From: Planctomycetota bacterium
GTDB lineage: Bacteria > Planctomycetota > UBA1135 > GCA-002748355
Assembly: GCA_011321845.1 (NCBI GenBank)
Contig: DROQ01000134.1
Coordinates: 10,891 to 74,890, forward strand
Direction: 5' to 3'
DNA: 64,000 bases
Position numbers and translations under genes: made by a program. Below are positions 34,885 through 43,380 of the stretch, piece after piece. Position 1 is the first letter of the stretch, and the number at the start of each line of letters is the position of its first letter. The notes under the pieces are model-generated. The model made no database searches. It was not told where the DNA came from and saw nothing but the letters and a program-made list of their open reading frames with translations.

Positions 34885-35894
34885 TGGGCCTTGACTCTGG
34901 CTGCGTCGGAGAAGCTGAGATGAAAGGGTTTGACCTGGAGGAAGGCGGCCTGTGCCCAGATGGTGGTTTTGGGGGGGAGGGTGAGGCTGGGGGTGGTGGC
35001 CTTGCCTTGCTTGTCCAGGGGGACGGCGGGGAGGTAGAGGCTCCCTGCAAGTGTGGGGAAGACGGTCCCGAAGGGGGTCGAAAGGGGAGTGGCGGCCTTG
35101 CTGCCCGAGATCAGGATGATGCCGAAGCCGCCGCCGAAGCGATCTCCAGCGAGCCGGAATCCCGTCTTGTCCGAGCGGCTCACAAGGGGAAAGAGGGACT
35201 CGGGGCCGAAGAGTTTCTCGTTGCTCCCGTAGGCGGAGGACTCGTTGAAGAACTGGAGGACGGGTTGGTCGAGCAGGACCCCGAGGCGGAAGGTGGAACC
35301 GGCCGGGCCGAAGGCCTGGGCGCTCCCGTTGCTCGCCTTTTTATAGGTCCACTGGGGTTTGGGAGTTGCGCTGCCCAGCTTGAGATTGGTTCCCGCCTGG
35401 TAGTGGACGGTGACACCGTCCTGAGGCCAGGTTCCTCGTGGGATAGGGAGGGTGAGGCGGATACCGAATTGTGCGGGGGCAACCACTGGGGTTCCGAGAG
35501 TGAGGGTATAGGAGTAGGCCGCGCTTCCCGAGCCACTGCCGAAGAGCTTGAAGTTCATCGAGGAACCCGCGACGACTCCTCCTGCGCTCGTGTCCGGTTT
35601 CCCCGTTGTTCCGGCAAAGCGGACGAGGGCCAGGTTGATGGTCTCCGCCGTGGACTGATCCTGGTCCTGCAGGACGATCCGGAAGCCACTGACCTTGCCG
35701 TAGCCCGTGTGCGCCTCGGGGGGCTGCATGAAATACAGAGTGTCCACCGTGCCTCCACCGTCCCGGACCGTCGCGGAGGTGTGGTTGGTGTTGTAAAAGG
35801 TCTTCTCGTTACGACCCTGGGGTGCCTGGGCCTCGAGGCCGGTGGTCAAACTGAGGAGGCAGGGAACCAGGAGAAGGAATAGCTGTTTTTTCAT
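34881..35894 (-). CDS. Secreted hypothetical protein, paralog A of a tandem pair
   Basis: The ATG at 35894 gives signal peptide MKKQLFLLLVPCLLSLTTGLEAQA (the track start at 35906 is a TTG). Located 49 nt downstream of the leuS stop, on the same strand. Confidence 0.75.
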   Translation of the reverse strand: MKKQLFLLLVPCLLSLTTGLEAQAPQGRNEKTFYNTNHTSATVRDGGGTVDTLYFMQPPEAHTGYGKVSGFRIVLQDQDQSTAETINLALVRFAGTTGKPDTSAGGVVAGSSMNFKLFGSGSGSAAYSYTLTLGTPVVAPAQFGIRLTLPIPRGTWPQDGVTVHYQAGTNLKLGSATPKPQWTYKKASNGSAQAFGPAGSTFRLGVLLDQPVLQFFNESSAYGSNEKLFGPESLFPLVSRSDKTGFRLAGDRFGGGFGIILISGSKAATPLSTPFGTVFPTLAGSLYLPAVPLDKQGKATTPSLTLPPKTTIWAQAAFLQVKPFHLSFSDAARVKAQ

Positions 35895-35943
35895 TGGTGA
35901 ATCCAAGGAAGAGGGGGGACTTCTCCAAGGATACCACAGCGGT

Positions 35944-38601
35944 TCAGGTCGCGACCAGGTTTACGAGCCTCCCGGGGACATAAATCTCCTTACGGAGGGT
36001 TTTTCCCTCGAGTTGGGACTTGACGGCTTCCTTGGCTTTGCTGAGCACAAATTCTTTCTCCGCGTCCTTGGGGATCTTGATCCTCGCGCGGACTTTGCCC
36101 AGGACCTGGACCGCGATCTCGACCTCCTCGTCCACGAGGAGGGCGGGGTCGTAGGAGGGCCAGGGTTCATAGGCGAGACTCTCGGTGTGGCCCAGTCGCT
36201 CCCAGAGTTCCTCGGCGAGATGGGGGGCGAAGGGAGCCAGGAGCAGGAGGAAACGCTCGGCCTGGGTTCTTTCCAACTGGTCCACTCTTTTTGTGGCTTC
36301 GTTGACGAAGACCATCATCGCCGAGATCGCAGTGTTGAACCGCATCCCTTCCAGATCCTGTCCGACCTTGGCGATACAGCGGTGCAGGGCCTTCTCAAGC
36401 TCGGGATCGGGCGTGCCCGGATTCGCGAGATGGGGCCGAAGGGGGGGCGGGTTCTCCTTCCCCTCAGGGACGAAGAGGCGCCAGACCCTCCCCAGAAAAC
36501 GATGTACTCCGGGGAGGTCGTCGGGGTTCCAGGGGCAGCTCGCTTCGAGGGGGCCCATGAACATCTCGTAGAGCCGCATGGTATCCGCCCCCCAGTTCCG
36601 GATGACATCATCGGGGTTCTCGACGTTCTTCAGGGACTTGGACATCTTGGCGACGATGCGTTCCAGTTCCTCCCCTGTTTCCTTGTGGTAGAACTTGTTT
36701 CCTCGTTCCTCTGCCATATCCACGGGGACGAGGGCGCCGCGGGAATCCTTGTAGGCATGGCTGAGGACCATCCCCTGGTTGAAGAGTTTTTGGAAAGGCT
36801 CTTTGGTGTGGACGAGACCCAGGTCATAGAGGACCTTGTGCCAGAAGCGGGCGTAGAGCAGGTGCAGGACAGCGTGCTCGGCTCCTCCGACATAGAGGTC
36901 TACAGGACCCCAGTATTGTTCGGCCTCCTTGGACCAGGCTTCCTTGTCGTTGTGGGGATCCATGAAACGCAGGTAGTACCAACAGGAACCAGCCCATTGC
37001 GGCATCGTGTTGGTCTCCCGGAGAGCAGGTTTCCCTGTCTCGGGGTCCACCGTCTCCAGCCAGTCTTTGGCCTTGGAGAGGGGTGGAGCGAAGGTTCCAC
37101 TCGGTTTGAAGTCGTCCATTTCGGGGAGAGTGACCGGCAGATCCTCGTCCCGAACCCGTTTGATGGTCCCGTCCTGCAGGTGGAGGATGGGGAAGGGTTC
37201 CCCCCAATACCTCTGCCTCGAAAAAAGCCAGTCCCGCAGGCGGTAGGTCACCTTGGCCTGACCCAGTCCCTTGGACTCCAGCCACTGGGTCATCTTGGCC
37301 TTGGCCTCGTCGGTGGGCAGGCCATCCAGGGAGATCTCGGCGTTGGAGGAATGGACGGCAACTCCTTTTCCCACGAAGCACTCGAGGATCTCTCCGTCTC
37401 GCTCGACTCTCCGGACAAAGCCCTTCTTCTCGGCCTCCTTGGGATCCTTGGGTCGCTCTCCGCCATCGACGACCTGGAGGATCTTCAGCCCATATTGCAG
37501 GGCGAAGTCGAAGTCCCGCTCATCCCCTCCCGGGACTGCCATGATGGCTCCGGTCCCATAGCCCATGAGCACGTAATCTGCGATCCAGATCGGGATCCGC
37601 GCCCTTGGATCGTCCTCGGGGAAAACCGGATTCAGGGCATAGGCCCCCGTGAAGACCCCTGTTTTGTCCTTGTTGAGTTCGGTGCGGGCGAGATCCGTCT
37701 TGGTCGCCGCCTCCCTCTGGTACGCCGCGACCTCTTCTCTTTGCTCGGGGGTGGTAATCTCGTTCACAAGAGGATGCTCCGGGGCCAGCACCATGTAGGT
37801 CGCCCCAAAGAGGGTATCCGGGCGGGTAGTGAAAACGGCCAGTTCCTCCTCCGGCCTGTCCGCCAGGCGGAACCGGACCTCCGCCCCCTCGCTGCGCCCG
37901 ATCCAGCTGCGCTGCATGGCCTTGACCGATTCCGGCCAGTCCAGTTCCTCCAGGTCCTCCAGCAGTCGGTCCGCGTAGGCCGTGATCTTGAGCATCCACT
38001 GTTTGAGCGGCTTCCGCTCACAGGGGTGGTCTCCTCGCTCGCTCCGTCCGTCGATGACTTCTTCGTTTGCGAGGACGGTGCCCAGAGCGGGGCACCACCA
38101 GACGGGAACTTCGGCCTGGTAGGCCAGCCCCATGTCGAAGAGCCTCGTAAAAATCCATTGGGTCCAGTGGTAGTATCGGGGATCCGTGGTCGCGATCTCA
38201 CGGCTCCAGTCATAGCTGAAGCCGAGGCTCTTCAACTGCTTCTTGAAGCCTTGGATGTTCTTGGAGGTCGTGACCGCAGGGTGGGTCCCGGTCTGGATCG
38301 CGTATTGCTCCGCAGGGAGTCCGAAACTGTCCCAGCCCATGGGATGGAGGACGTTATAGCCTTGCATCCTTTTGAACCGGGCGAGGATGTCCGTCGCGGT
38401 ATAGCCCTCCGGATGCCCCACATGCAACCCTGCCCCCGAAGGGTAGGGGAACATATCGAGGATGTAGAACTTGGGTTTGTTCGGGTCGAAGGAGTCTTCT
38501 CCCGGATTCGGAGCTTTGAAGATCTCTTTCTCTTCCCAAATCTTCTGCCACTTCGCCTCAATGGCCTGGGGCACGTACTGGTTTCTCTGTTTCTCTTCCA
38601 T
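35944..38601 (-). CDS. leuS: Leucyl-tRNA synthetase
   Basis: [26 protein letters not shown] (HIGH region), KMSKSLKN (KMSKS), and full-length collinearity with bacterial LeuS. I chose the ATG at 38601 ([19 protein letters not shown]) because the upstream 65 codons of the track ORF translate the repeat region. Confidence 0.95.
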   Translation of the reverse strand: MEEKQRNQYVPQAIEAKWQKIWEEKEIFKAPNPGEDSFDPNKPKFYILDMFPYPSGAGLHVGHPEGYTATDILARFKRMQGYNVLHPMGWDSFGLPAEQYAIQTGTHPAVTTSKNIQGFKKQLKSLGFSYDWSREIATTDPRYYHWTQWIFTRLFDMGLAYQAEVPVWWCPALGTVLANEEVIDGRSERGDHPCERKPLKQWMLKITAYADRLLEDLEELDWPESVKAMQRSWIGRSEGAEVRFRLADRPEEELAVFTTRPDTLFGATYMVLAPEHPLVNEITTPEQREEVAAYQREAATKTDLARTELNKDKTGVFTGAYALNPVFPEDDPRARIPIWIADYVLMGYGTGAIMAVPGGDERDFDFALQYGLKILQVVDGGERPKDPKEAEKKGFVRRVERDGEILECFVGKGVAVHSSNAEISLDGLPTDEAKAKMTQWLESKGLGQAKVTYRLRDWLFSRQRYWGEPFPILHLQDGTIKRVRDEDLPVTLPEMDDFKPSGTFAPPLSKAKDWLETVDPETGKPALRETNTMPQWAGSCWYYLRFMDPHNDKEAWSKEAEQYWGPVDLYVGGAEHAVLHLLYARFWHKVLYDLGLVHTKEPFQKLFNQGMVLSHAYKDSRGALVPVDMAEERGNKFYHKETGEELERIVAKMSKSLKNVENPDDVIRNWGADTMRLYEMFMGPLEASCPWNPDDLPGVHRFLGRVWRLFVPEGKENPPPLRPHLANPGTPDPELEKALHRCIAKVGQDLEGMRFNTAISAMMVFVNEATKRVDQLERTQAERFLLLLAPFAPHLAEELWERLGHTESLAYEPWPSYDPALLVDEEVEIAVQVLGKVRARIKIPKDAEKEFVLSKAKEAVKSQLEGKTLRKEIYVPGRLVNLVAT

Positions 38602-38671
38602 AACGATGGGCGTCCTACGATTGAACCCGCGTGTTTCAAGGCCTAAACCATACATCCCTCCCCAACCCCCC

Positions 38672-38792
38672 CCCCACGCTTTTCCCCAGAAACCCCAGCA
38701 GATAACCCCAGTAGGGAACGCCTCCAGGCGTTTCATGTAGAAAACCCCTTCAGGGGTTTTAAGTAGGAAACGCCTCCAGGCGTTTCCTATCC
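38672..38792 (+). repeat. REP-like array (left): 2 half-units plus 3 GTAG-headed palindromic hairpins
   Basis: GTAG-GGAACGCC-TCCA-GGCGTTTC, GTAG-AAAACCCC-TTCA-GGGGTTTT and GTAG-GAAACGCC-TCCA-GGCGTTTCC at 38711-38787. They are preceded by CAGAAACCCCA and GCAGATAACCCCA half-units. Confidence 0.85.
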
Positions 38793-38813
38793 CCAACTTC
38801 CACTCCCCCCCCC

Positions 38814-39278
38814 ATGTCCTATATTCCCCCCATGTCCAAAACCGACTACATCCCCCGCCCCATGCCCCCCTGGGAACTCATCTTCTGGCTCCTCCTCGAC
38901 GCCGCCATCCTCTACCTCCTCATCCGAGTCGGCCTCACCCACCCCGACGCCCGCGGGATCGGCACCCACGAACAGCTCGGAAGACCCCCCTGCTCCTGGC
39001 CCATCCTCTACAACATGCCCTGCCCCACCTGCGGGGTGACCACCGCCACCGCCCACCTCCTGCACTTGCATCCGATTCGGGCCTTCCTCACGCAGCCCTT
39101 TGGAATGGCCTTGGCGCTCAGCGCGGTGGGGATGGTTCTGGGTTCGATTTGGTTTGGAGTTCGTGGGGAGAGTTTGTTGTTTCGGTTGTCGCGGTGGAAT
39201 TGGGGTTTGGTTTTGCTGGGGGGGGTGGTGTTGTTGTTGGTTTCGTGGTGGTGGAAGGTCGCGACTTGGGGGGGGTGA
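38814..39278 (+). CDS. DUF2752-like small membrane protein
   Basis: [25 protein letters not shown] matches the CPxCGxTR-type motif of DUF2752. 3-4 hydrophobic segments. The start could also be a downstream Met. Confidence 0.7.
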   Translation: MSYIPPMSKTDYIPRPMPPWELIFWLLLDAAILYLLIRVGLTHPDARGIGTHEQLGRPPCSWPILYNMPCPTCGVTTATAHLLHLHPIRAFLTQPFGMALALSAVGMVLGSIWFGVRGESLLFRLSRWNWGLVLLGGVVLLLVSWWWKVATWGG

Positions 39279-39280
39279 GG

Positions 39281-39436
39281 GGGAAACGCCTGGAGGCGTT
39301 TCCTACTTAAAACCCCTGGAGGGGTTTTCTACGCAAAACCCCTGGAGGGGTTTTCTACTTGAAACGCCTGGAGGCGTTCCCTACTGGGGTTTCCTACTGG
39401 CGTTTCCTACTGGGGTTTTCTGCGGGTGTTTTCTAG
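39281..39436 (-). repeat. REP-like array (right, inverted relative to the left array): 4 GTAG-headed hairpins plus 4 half-units of 13 nt
   Basis: The minus strand reads GTAGGGAACGCCTCCAGGCGTTTC, GTAGAAAACCCCTCCAGGGGTTTT (twice) and GTAGGAAACGCCTCCAGGCGTTTCC. These are preceded by GCTAGAAAACACCC, GCAGAAAACCCCA, GTAGGAAACGCCA and GTAGGAAACCCCA. The array overlaps the last ~18 codons of the adjacent GT gene. Confidence 0.85.
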
Positions 39437-40616
39437 CGGGGGGGGCTTGGAGGGCTTGGAGGCGGGTTTGGGTGATGGATTGCCAGGAGAGTTGGGTTTC
39501 GGCGTAGGTGCGGGCGGCTTTTCCGAGCTTGGTTCGTTTTTCGTGGCTCTCCTGGAGGGGGAAGAGGAGGTCGAGGAATTCTTGGACCTGGGAGAAGAGG
39601 AGGATGCCCCGGGTTTCACCGCTCTCGAAGCCGCGGGCTCCGAAAGGGGTGCTGAGGACGGGGAGTCCGGAGGCGAGGTATTGGCAGACCTTCTGGTTCA
39701 TGCCGCTCCCGCTGAACATAGGGTTGATCGCGCAGTCGGCGGCTCGGAAGCAGGGGAGGAGATCGTCTAAGGGGCCGGTCTCCAGGAGGCGGGGGGACTT
39801 GGAGGGGCGAGGGCAGACCGACCCGGCGACGAGGAAGAAGCTGCGGGCATCGCTGAAAGGATGAAGCTCCTGGTGGATGTAGGCGAGGGCTTCTTTGTTG
39901 GGATGGTGGGCCGAGCCCGTGAAGAGGATGACGTGGACGTCCCGGGGGATCCCCAGTTGTTTTCGAGCTTGAAGTCGCTCTTCCTGGGTGGCGGGGCGGT
40001 AGGCTTCGATGTCCACTCCGGGCGGGCTGATCCAGGTGGGGCCACCGGGGCTGCCAAAGCACTCCTCGAACTGCCTGGCTTCTCCCTCATGGTAGACGAA
40101 GCGGTGATCGGCCTCCCTCCAGGCTCGGCCTTCGACTTCCTTGGCCTGGAGAAGGGCTTTGCCTCCCCCCCGAAGGAGGAGGGCGGATTCGTGAAGATCG
40201 GTTTCGAGATTGTGATGGATCAAGAGGATCGGGCCACGAACATGGCGCTTCGCGAAGGCAAAGGGCCAGGGGCTCTCCACGATGGCGGCGTCCGCCTCCT
40301 GCAAGAGGTTGCGGACGGTGGGAGGAGCCTTGCGCTCCAGCAGCCGGGAAAGCTGAACAGGAGGAAGTCGGCCTGTTCCACGGAGTTTGCGGTTCAGCAG
40401 GTCCCAGAGGGAGAGGACGCGGTGTTCCCGGAGCCCGCCTCCGATGTCCTGCTCGAAGGAGTGGAAATGGAGGGGTTCAAAGGAGCGGAGCCCCGCGGTG
40501 ACGAGGGAAACCTCATGGCCCAGGGAGAGCAGGCGACGAGCCGGCTCGAGGACGGCGATGTGGGCGGCGGAGCGGGGGGGGAAGACGCCGAATGGGGCCA
40601 GGACGACGAGCTTCAT
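39381..40616 (-). CDS. Glycosyltransferase family 1 (GT4-like)
   Basis: MKLVVLAPFGVFPPRSAAHIAVLEPARRLLSLGHEV (N-terminal GT-B). FTGSAHHPNKEAL...INPMFSGSGMNQKVCQYLASGLPVLSTPFGARG (C-terminal domain). ATGA overlap with the upstream gene (40616/40613). Confidence 0.85.
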   Translation of the reverse strand: MKLVVLAPFGVFPPRSAAHIAVLEPARRLLSLGHEVSLVTAGLRSFEPLHFHSFEQDIGGGLREHRVLSLWDLLNRKLRGTGRLPPVQLSRLLERKAPPTVRNLLQEADAAIVESPWPFAFAKRHVRGPILLIHHNLETDLHESALLLRGGGKALLQAKEVEGRAWREADHRFVYHEGEARQFEECFGSPGGPTWISPPGVDIEAYRPATQEERLQARKQLGIPRDVHVILFTGSAHHPNKEALAYIHQELHPFSDARSFFLVAGSVCPRPSKSPRLLETGPLDDLLPCFRAADCAINPMFSGSGMNQKVCQYLASGLPVLSTPFGARGFESGETRGILLFSQVQEFLDLLFPLQESHEKRTKLGKAARTYAETQLSWQSITQTRLQALQAPPARKHPQKTPVGNASRKPQ

Positions 40617-41659
40617 TTTCGGTGGGGCGGGCTCGAGGGGGGCCGGTTCGGAGGAAGGAAGCGCAGCACCGTGAAGATCGCGGGGCGGCCTTCGCTCCCG
40701 TAGAGGACACCTCCGCCCCCGGGCAAAAAGTCGATTGCCTCGTGGAGTCCTCGCCGGCCGAGTTTGAAGCTGGCCAAAAGCTTGGGGGGCTGGGAGGAAC
40801 CGCCGGGACCTCCCGCATCCTTGGCCTGGGGGTCGGGGAGGGCGTAGATCCGGAGAAACAAAAAACCGAGGAGTGCAAGGCTGCGGGTCTCGGGGTCCAC
40901 CGAGGCGCCCGAAATGCTCCGGCTGCGACCCGTGGGTCCGTCGATCTGAATGGTGGTGAGAAGGCGGGCTTCGACCCGGTGGCTGATGGGGAGTTTTTTA
41001 TAGCGAACCCAGGGTTCGAAGGTGTAGATGCGGGCCCGTCCTCCGAACTCCCGCTCCACAAGGCCGAGGACCTTGCCCCCGGGAAACAGGAAGAGGGATT
41101 CGACGTTGGGAGGGCGAAGTTCTTTTTCTCTTGGGGAGGGCTTGGGGGAGAGGAAGAAGTGCAGCTCGAAGCGGCTGGCGAATGCGGAGCGATATAGGGG
41201 GGGCGGACTGCCTTGGGGAGGAAGAGGGAGATCCTTGCCGATGACAGGCTCGGGGATGGCGAAAACGAGGGAAGCGGGACCCTTGGAGGTGCCGAAGATG
41301 TTTCGCCCGGTGTCCGCGATGTAGATCCAGGGGCGTCCTCCCGGCCCCTTGCCGATACAGAGGTCCTCCCAGTCGATGGAACGTGCGCCCCGGACTCGCA
41401 GCCGGAAGCGCAATTTCCGCTTGGGGCCGATCGCGTAGAGGTAGGGCCCGTCTCCCGAGTCGTTGTGGACCCAGATCCAACCCGGGTTGGCTCGGGAAAA
41501 CGCGAGTCCGCTCGTTTCCTTGAGGTAGGGGGAGTCGATCCGGAAATCCTGGACGGATGGGGGCGCTGCTTTTGTCGGGGCCTGGGAGGGTCTGAGAACC
41601 AACCCCAATGCGAGGAGGCTCAACAAGGATCCACCTCCTCCGGGAGGGGGGGGATCCAT
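40613..41659 (-). CDS. Secreted hypothetical protein, possibly beta-propeller (SdiA-regulated/phytase-like pattern)
   Basis: The ATG at 41659 gives MDPPPPGGGGSLLSLLALGLVL. ETSGLAFS...WVHNDSGDGPYLYAIG...IDWEDLCIG...PWIYIADTG resembles E-SGL...D-SG...DxEd...yiaD repeats. The start overlaps the upstream gene by 40 nt and is uncertain. Confidence 0.55.
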   Translation of the reverse strand: MDPPPPGGGGSLLSLLALGLVLRPSQAPTKAAPPSVQDFRIDSPYLKETSGLAFSRANPGWIWVHNDSGDGPYLYAIGPKRKLRFRLRVRGARSIDWEDLCIGKGPGGRPWIYIADTGRNIFGTSKGPASLVFAIPEPVIGKDLPLPPQGSPPPLYRSAFASRFELHFFLSPKPSPREKELRPPNVESLFLFPGGKVLGLVEREFGGRARIYTFEPWVRYKKLPISHRVEARLLTTIQIDGPTGRSRSISGASVDPETRSLALLGFLFLRIYALPDPQAKDAGGPGGSSQPPKLLASFKLGRRGLHEAIDFLPGGGGVLYGSEGRPAIFTVLRFLPPNRPPSSPPHRK

Positions 41660-42090
41660 CCGGGGTGGGAGTCGTGGCGGCAGAGGCGGAGGATGTTCTC
41701 GCCCTCTTCGCTCCTCTGGAAGGAGACCTCGCCCATGACCCCTTCGAGGATTCCAAGGCCCCTTCCCCCCTCTTGTTCCGGGGAGGGGAGAGGACGTTTT
41801 CCGGGCGTCTTTTTCCAACCGCTTCCCTTGTCTCGGAGAACCAGTTGGATGTCTTGGTCCGTGGCAATGAACTCCAGGTCGATGGGACCCGCATGGTCCT
41901 GGTAGCTGTGGCGGGAGATATTGGAGAGGGCCTCGTCGAGAGCGAGCTGCATCTCGTGTATGGCGGCCTCGTCCAGCGGTTTTCCCGTGGCGCGGAGGAA
42001 ACGTTCCAAGCGCCGCCGGGCATCGGCATGACGCTCGAGCTCGCTGGAGATCTGAAATCGAAGCCGCAAATTCATTGGATGTCTATCCAT
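41620..42090 (-). CDS. RsbW/SpoIIAB-like anti-sigma-factor serine kinase (HATPase_c_2-type)
   Basis: N-box LALDEALSNISRHSY, G1 LRDKGSG, G2 GGRGLGILEGVM, ~150 aa. The start is either ATG 42090 or ATG 42075. Confidence 0.75.
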   Translation of the reverse strand: MDRHPMNLRLRFQISSELERHADARRRLERFLRATGKPLDEAAIHEMQLALDEALSNISRHSYQDHAGPIDLEFIATDQDIQLVLRDKGSGWKKTPGKRPLPSPEQEGGRGLGILEGVMGEVSFQRSEEGENILRLCRHDSHPGWIPPLPEEVDPC

Positions 42091-42113
42091 GGCTCCATGG
42101 ATTGTCGCTCTCT

Positions 42114-43211
42114 TCAGCGATAACGCAAGGCGATGATGGGGGCGGTCCCATTCTGGAGGGTCCCTTTTTTGGCTTTGAGGTCGTTGATCGCGAAGACACG
42201 GGCCGTTCGGATGGGGCCGAGAATCTGGACCTTGCGACCCTTGCTCAGAACGAGGCCCATGGGGTTGGCGCTGAGATCCGCGCTGACCGCCTGTGCGAAG
42301 ATCCATTGGTTCCAGAGATCCTGACGCTTGGGGAGGGGAAAGACCCAACCTCCTGTTCCCTGTTTGCTTGTCTTGAAGGCTCTGGCCAGGACCCAATTGG
42401 TGTTGACGTAGCAGCCTTTCGCCCCGAAGGGTCCTAGGTGAAAAGGGGTCACCTTGCCGAAGGCGAGCCCCGGAGGTTCGTGGGTCCCCATGGCGATCAT
42501 GGCCGGGACCTCGGGGGGGGCGCCCACCAGCTTCCAGGCGATCGAGCCTCCCGCTTGAAAGCTGGGGCTGTTGGTCAGAACGAGAGGTTTGCCCGTTGTG
42601 CTGACTTTGCAGGCGGGTCCGACACTCCCAAAATCCTGGGCCGGGCTGGTCGGGAAGAGGGGCGAGTCGAGGCGATACGCTCCTTTGGGTTGGGCTTTGA
42701 TAGAGATCTCGAGGAGCAGGGGGCCCTTGGTTTGGAGATAAACAAAGGGCTTGTCGAGCTTGAGGACAATGTTGAAGGGGCGCGGCCCTTTGGGGAGTTT
42801 GGGCTGGCTGGGGAGGGCGAGCCGCTTGTCCGCAATGACCACGGTGTCGTCATCGCCCCGGTTCTTGGCGAAGATCTCGCTCAGGTTGTCGAAGCTGCGT
42901 GGGCTATGGCTGAGGAAGAGCTGGAGGTGGACATAGGCCTTGGCGCTGATGGTATCTGCCCCTTTCTGGTCGGACCAGTCGGCCCGGATCGCGATTTCCG
43001 TGATGGATTTGGGTTTGTTCTCGATGACCCAGGGTTGGTAGATGGCCTGCATTCGGATCGGCAGCGAGAGCCCAAAGGGGAGGCTCGTTCCCGCCCTTCC
43101 TTCGACCTTTTCGAATCCTTCGGGGAGGATCAGGGTCTTTTGCGTTTGGCCCATCCCGGTGAGGAGGGGGAGGGCGCAACCGAGAGAGCAGAAAAATTTT
43201 CCAAGATTCAT
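42114..43211 (-). CDS. Secreted hypothetical protein (365 aa) with the shared C-terminal Cys-pair module
   Basis: GGAGG sits 6 nt before the ATG at 43211. Signal peptide MNLGKFFCSLGCALPLLTGMGQTQ. The C-terminal GPACKVSTTGKPLVL...LVGAPPEVPAMIAMG...LGPFGAKGCYVN...QWIFAQAV...ANPMGLVLSKG aligns to the ELWxxDGT C-termini. Confidence 0.75.
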   Translation of the reverse strand: MNLGKFFCSLGCALPLLTGMGQTQKTLILPEGFEKVEGRAGTSLPFGLSLPIRMQAIYQPWVIENKPKSITEIAIRADWSDQKGADTISAKAYVHLQLFLSHSPRSFDNLSEIFAKNRGDDDTVVIADKRLALPSQPKLPKGPRPFNIVLKLDKPFVYLQTKGPLLLEISIKAQPKGAYRLDSPLFPTSPAQDFGSVGPACKVSTTGKPLVLTNSPSFQAGGSIAWKLVGAPPEVPAMIAMGTHEPPGLAFGKVTPFHLGPFGAKGCYVNTNWVLARAFKTSKQGTGGWVFPLPKRQDLWNQWIFAQAVSADLSANPMGLVLSKGRKVQILGPIRTARVFAINDLKAKKGTLQNGTAPIIALRYR

Positions 43212-43380
43212 TGGAGACCTCCAGCCCCAAGGGGGGCGGTGAATGACCGAAACCTCCCTTGAGATCGGCCTTTTCGGGGGGGGAGCTGAAACCTCGGATC
43301 CAGACCTCCCCGCCACCTCGAACTTCCTCCTCAAGGGGACTGTTGCAAATTCCGACAAGGCATTCGGAAAAGGGGGGTAC

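Noticed and set aside
35842-38646. 934-aa plus-strand ORF
   Set aside because: It is antisense to leuS, which is unambiguous (HIGH and KMSKS motifs).
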